In this document: positions 63,069 through 64,000 of the stretch, piece after piece | Numbering within the stretch: position 1 is the first letter of the stretch | Layout: each line of letters opens with the position of its first letter | Source of the DNA: Candidatus Nomurabacteria bacterium | GTDB taxonomy: Bacteria > Patescibacteriota > Minisyncoccia > Phycocordibacterales > UBA9973 | Direction of reading: 5' to 3' | Assembly (NCBI GenBank): GCA_943350875.1 | Contig: CALRAL010000002.1 | Location: 68,221-132,220, forward strand | DNA: 64,000 nt | Translations under genes and position numbers: made by a program | Notes under the pieces: model-generated | Database searches by the model: none | What the model saw: the letters and a program-made list of their open reading frames with translations, nothing else | What the model was told of the DNA's origin: nothing

Positions 63069-64000
63069 ATGCGTCTCCTAAATATTGAAATAAATGGTTT
63101 CAAATCTTTTTCACAGAAAACTGTCTTGGATTTCGTGAGTCCTGTTGTGTGTATTGTGGGGCCAAATGGTTCTGGTAAATCAAACGTGGTGGAAGCCCTT
63201 CGCTTCGTTCTTGGTGAGCAATCAATGAAGTCTATGCGCGGTAAAGCAGGTTCTGATCTTATATTTAAGGGTTCTAAAGAATTACCCAAAGGTTCTCGTG
63301 CATCTGTAGTGATATATTTTGATAATGCTGATAGAGTTTTTAAAATCCCAAACGAAATGGGAGAAAATATAAATTTAAATTTTGATGTCGTGTCTATCAG
63401 CCGAGAAGTATATCCTGATGGTTTAAATAAATATATTTTGAATGGTTCGGAAGTGCGTTTGAAGGATATAAATAACCTTTTGGCTTCGGTAAATGTCGGA
63501 GCTTCTGGACACCATATCATTTCTCAAGGTGAAGCAGATAGGATCTTGAATGCGAGCTCAAAAGACAGACGAGAGATGATAGAGGATGCGCTCGGGCTCA
63601 AAATATATCAATACAAGATAAAAGAATCTGAGAGGAAGCTAGAACGTACAGAGAATAATATGAAAGAAGTTTCGCTACTTCGTAGGGAAAATGCACCGCA
63701 TTTAAACTTCTTAAAGAAACAAGTAGAGAAATTTGAAAAAGCAAAAGAATTGCAACTTGAACTTTCTTCTTTATATAAAGAATATCTAAAAAAAGAAAGT
63801 ATTTATTTGGAACAAGAAAAACATGTACTGAAAGTAGAGAAAGATAAAATATTGCATGAACTGAATGTCATTACTCCAAAGATTTCTGACTCTGGGGTTG
63901 AGAATAATGTAAACAGTGAGAAGAATAGAGAATTAAGAGATTTTGAACACAGGTTAAATGAAATTCGTGGGCTAAAAGGTGAGTTAGACAGGAAGCTCGG
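63069..64000 (+). CDS. smc: chromosome segregation protein SMC, N-terminal part (runs off window)
   Basis: MRLLNIEINGFKSF...IVGPNGSGKSNVVEALRFVLGEQS Walker A head, then coiled coil; no stop before the window end. Confidence 0.8.
   Translation, partial: MRLLNIEINGFKSFSQKTVLDFVSPVVCIVGPNGSGKSNVVEALRFVLGEQSMKSMRGKAGSDLIFKGSKELPKGSRASVVIYFDNADRVFKIPNEMGENINLNFDVVSISREVYPDGLNKYILNGSEVRLKDINNLLASVNVGASGHHIISQGEADRILNASSKDRREMIEDALGLKIYQYKIKESERKLERTENNMKEVSLLRRENAPHLNFLKKQVEKFEKAKELQLELSSLYKEYLKKESIYLEQEKHVLKVEKDKILHELNVITPKISDSGVENNVNSEKNRELRDFEHRLNEIRGLKGELDRKL

Noticed and set aside
62972-63520. Minus-strand ORF of 182 aa from the ORF track
   Set aside because: It overlaps the rnc C-terminus and the clearly recognisable smc N-terminus (Walker A) on the plus strand, so it is spurious.

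Overview
This is a low-GC, gene-dense window with the hallmarks of a Patescibacteria/CPR-like reduced genome. Evidence for that is a complete type IV pilus/competence locus, the absence of de novo nucleotide synthesis genes alongside salvage enzymes (class II RNR, ndk, Ham1), shortened aaRS genes and unusual domain fusions. Core features read from sequence: the infC-rpmI-rplT operon, smpB plus a tmRNA (ssrA), ftsH, four tRNAs, ligA, recG, gyrB, pheS/pheT, thrS, rpmF, a nusB-Nudix fusion, rnc, smc (3' partial), and proB-proC-proA. The pilus locus holds comFC, pilMNOP-pilB-REC-pilT-pilC-pilA, pilD and four minor pilins.

Main hunting results:
(1) A cobalamin locus. A membrane protein, class II (AdoCbl-dependent) ribonucleotide reductase and a PduO-type adenosyltransferase form one unit. 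Directly after it sits a cobalamin riboswitch with an SD-sequestering terminator, controlling a membrane-anchored DUF4430 protein and a large secreted DUF4430 + alpha/alpha-toroid protein. Together these two look like a split, permuted transcobalamin-like B12-capture module.
(2) Several families of GC-rich palindromic mini-elements are inserted in frame into essential genes (ligA x3, recG x2, pheS x2, pheT, trhO). Two copies supply the last eight codons and the stop of two different genes (thrS and nusB-nudix). Intergenic copies also exist. This is reminiscent of Rickettsia RPEs.
(3) A REP/RAYT (IS200-like Y1 transposase) cluster sits next to a duplicated, truncated pilin gene.
(4) A free-standing LAGLIDADG endonuclease gene lies between two tRNA-Ser genes (one with an apparent ACU anticodon), and a GIY-YIG gene abuts a tRNA with a UAU anticodon.
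(5) A MazF-like toxin pair is wedged between pheS and pheT. Unusual fusions are present: YvcK-HAD, NusB-Nudix, and a UvrD helicase joined to an Fe-S PD-(D/E)xK nuclease.
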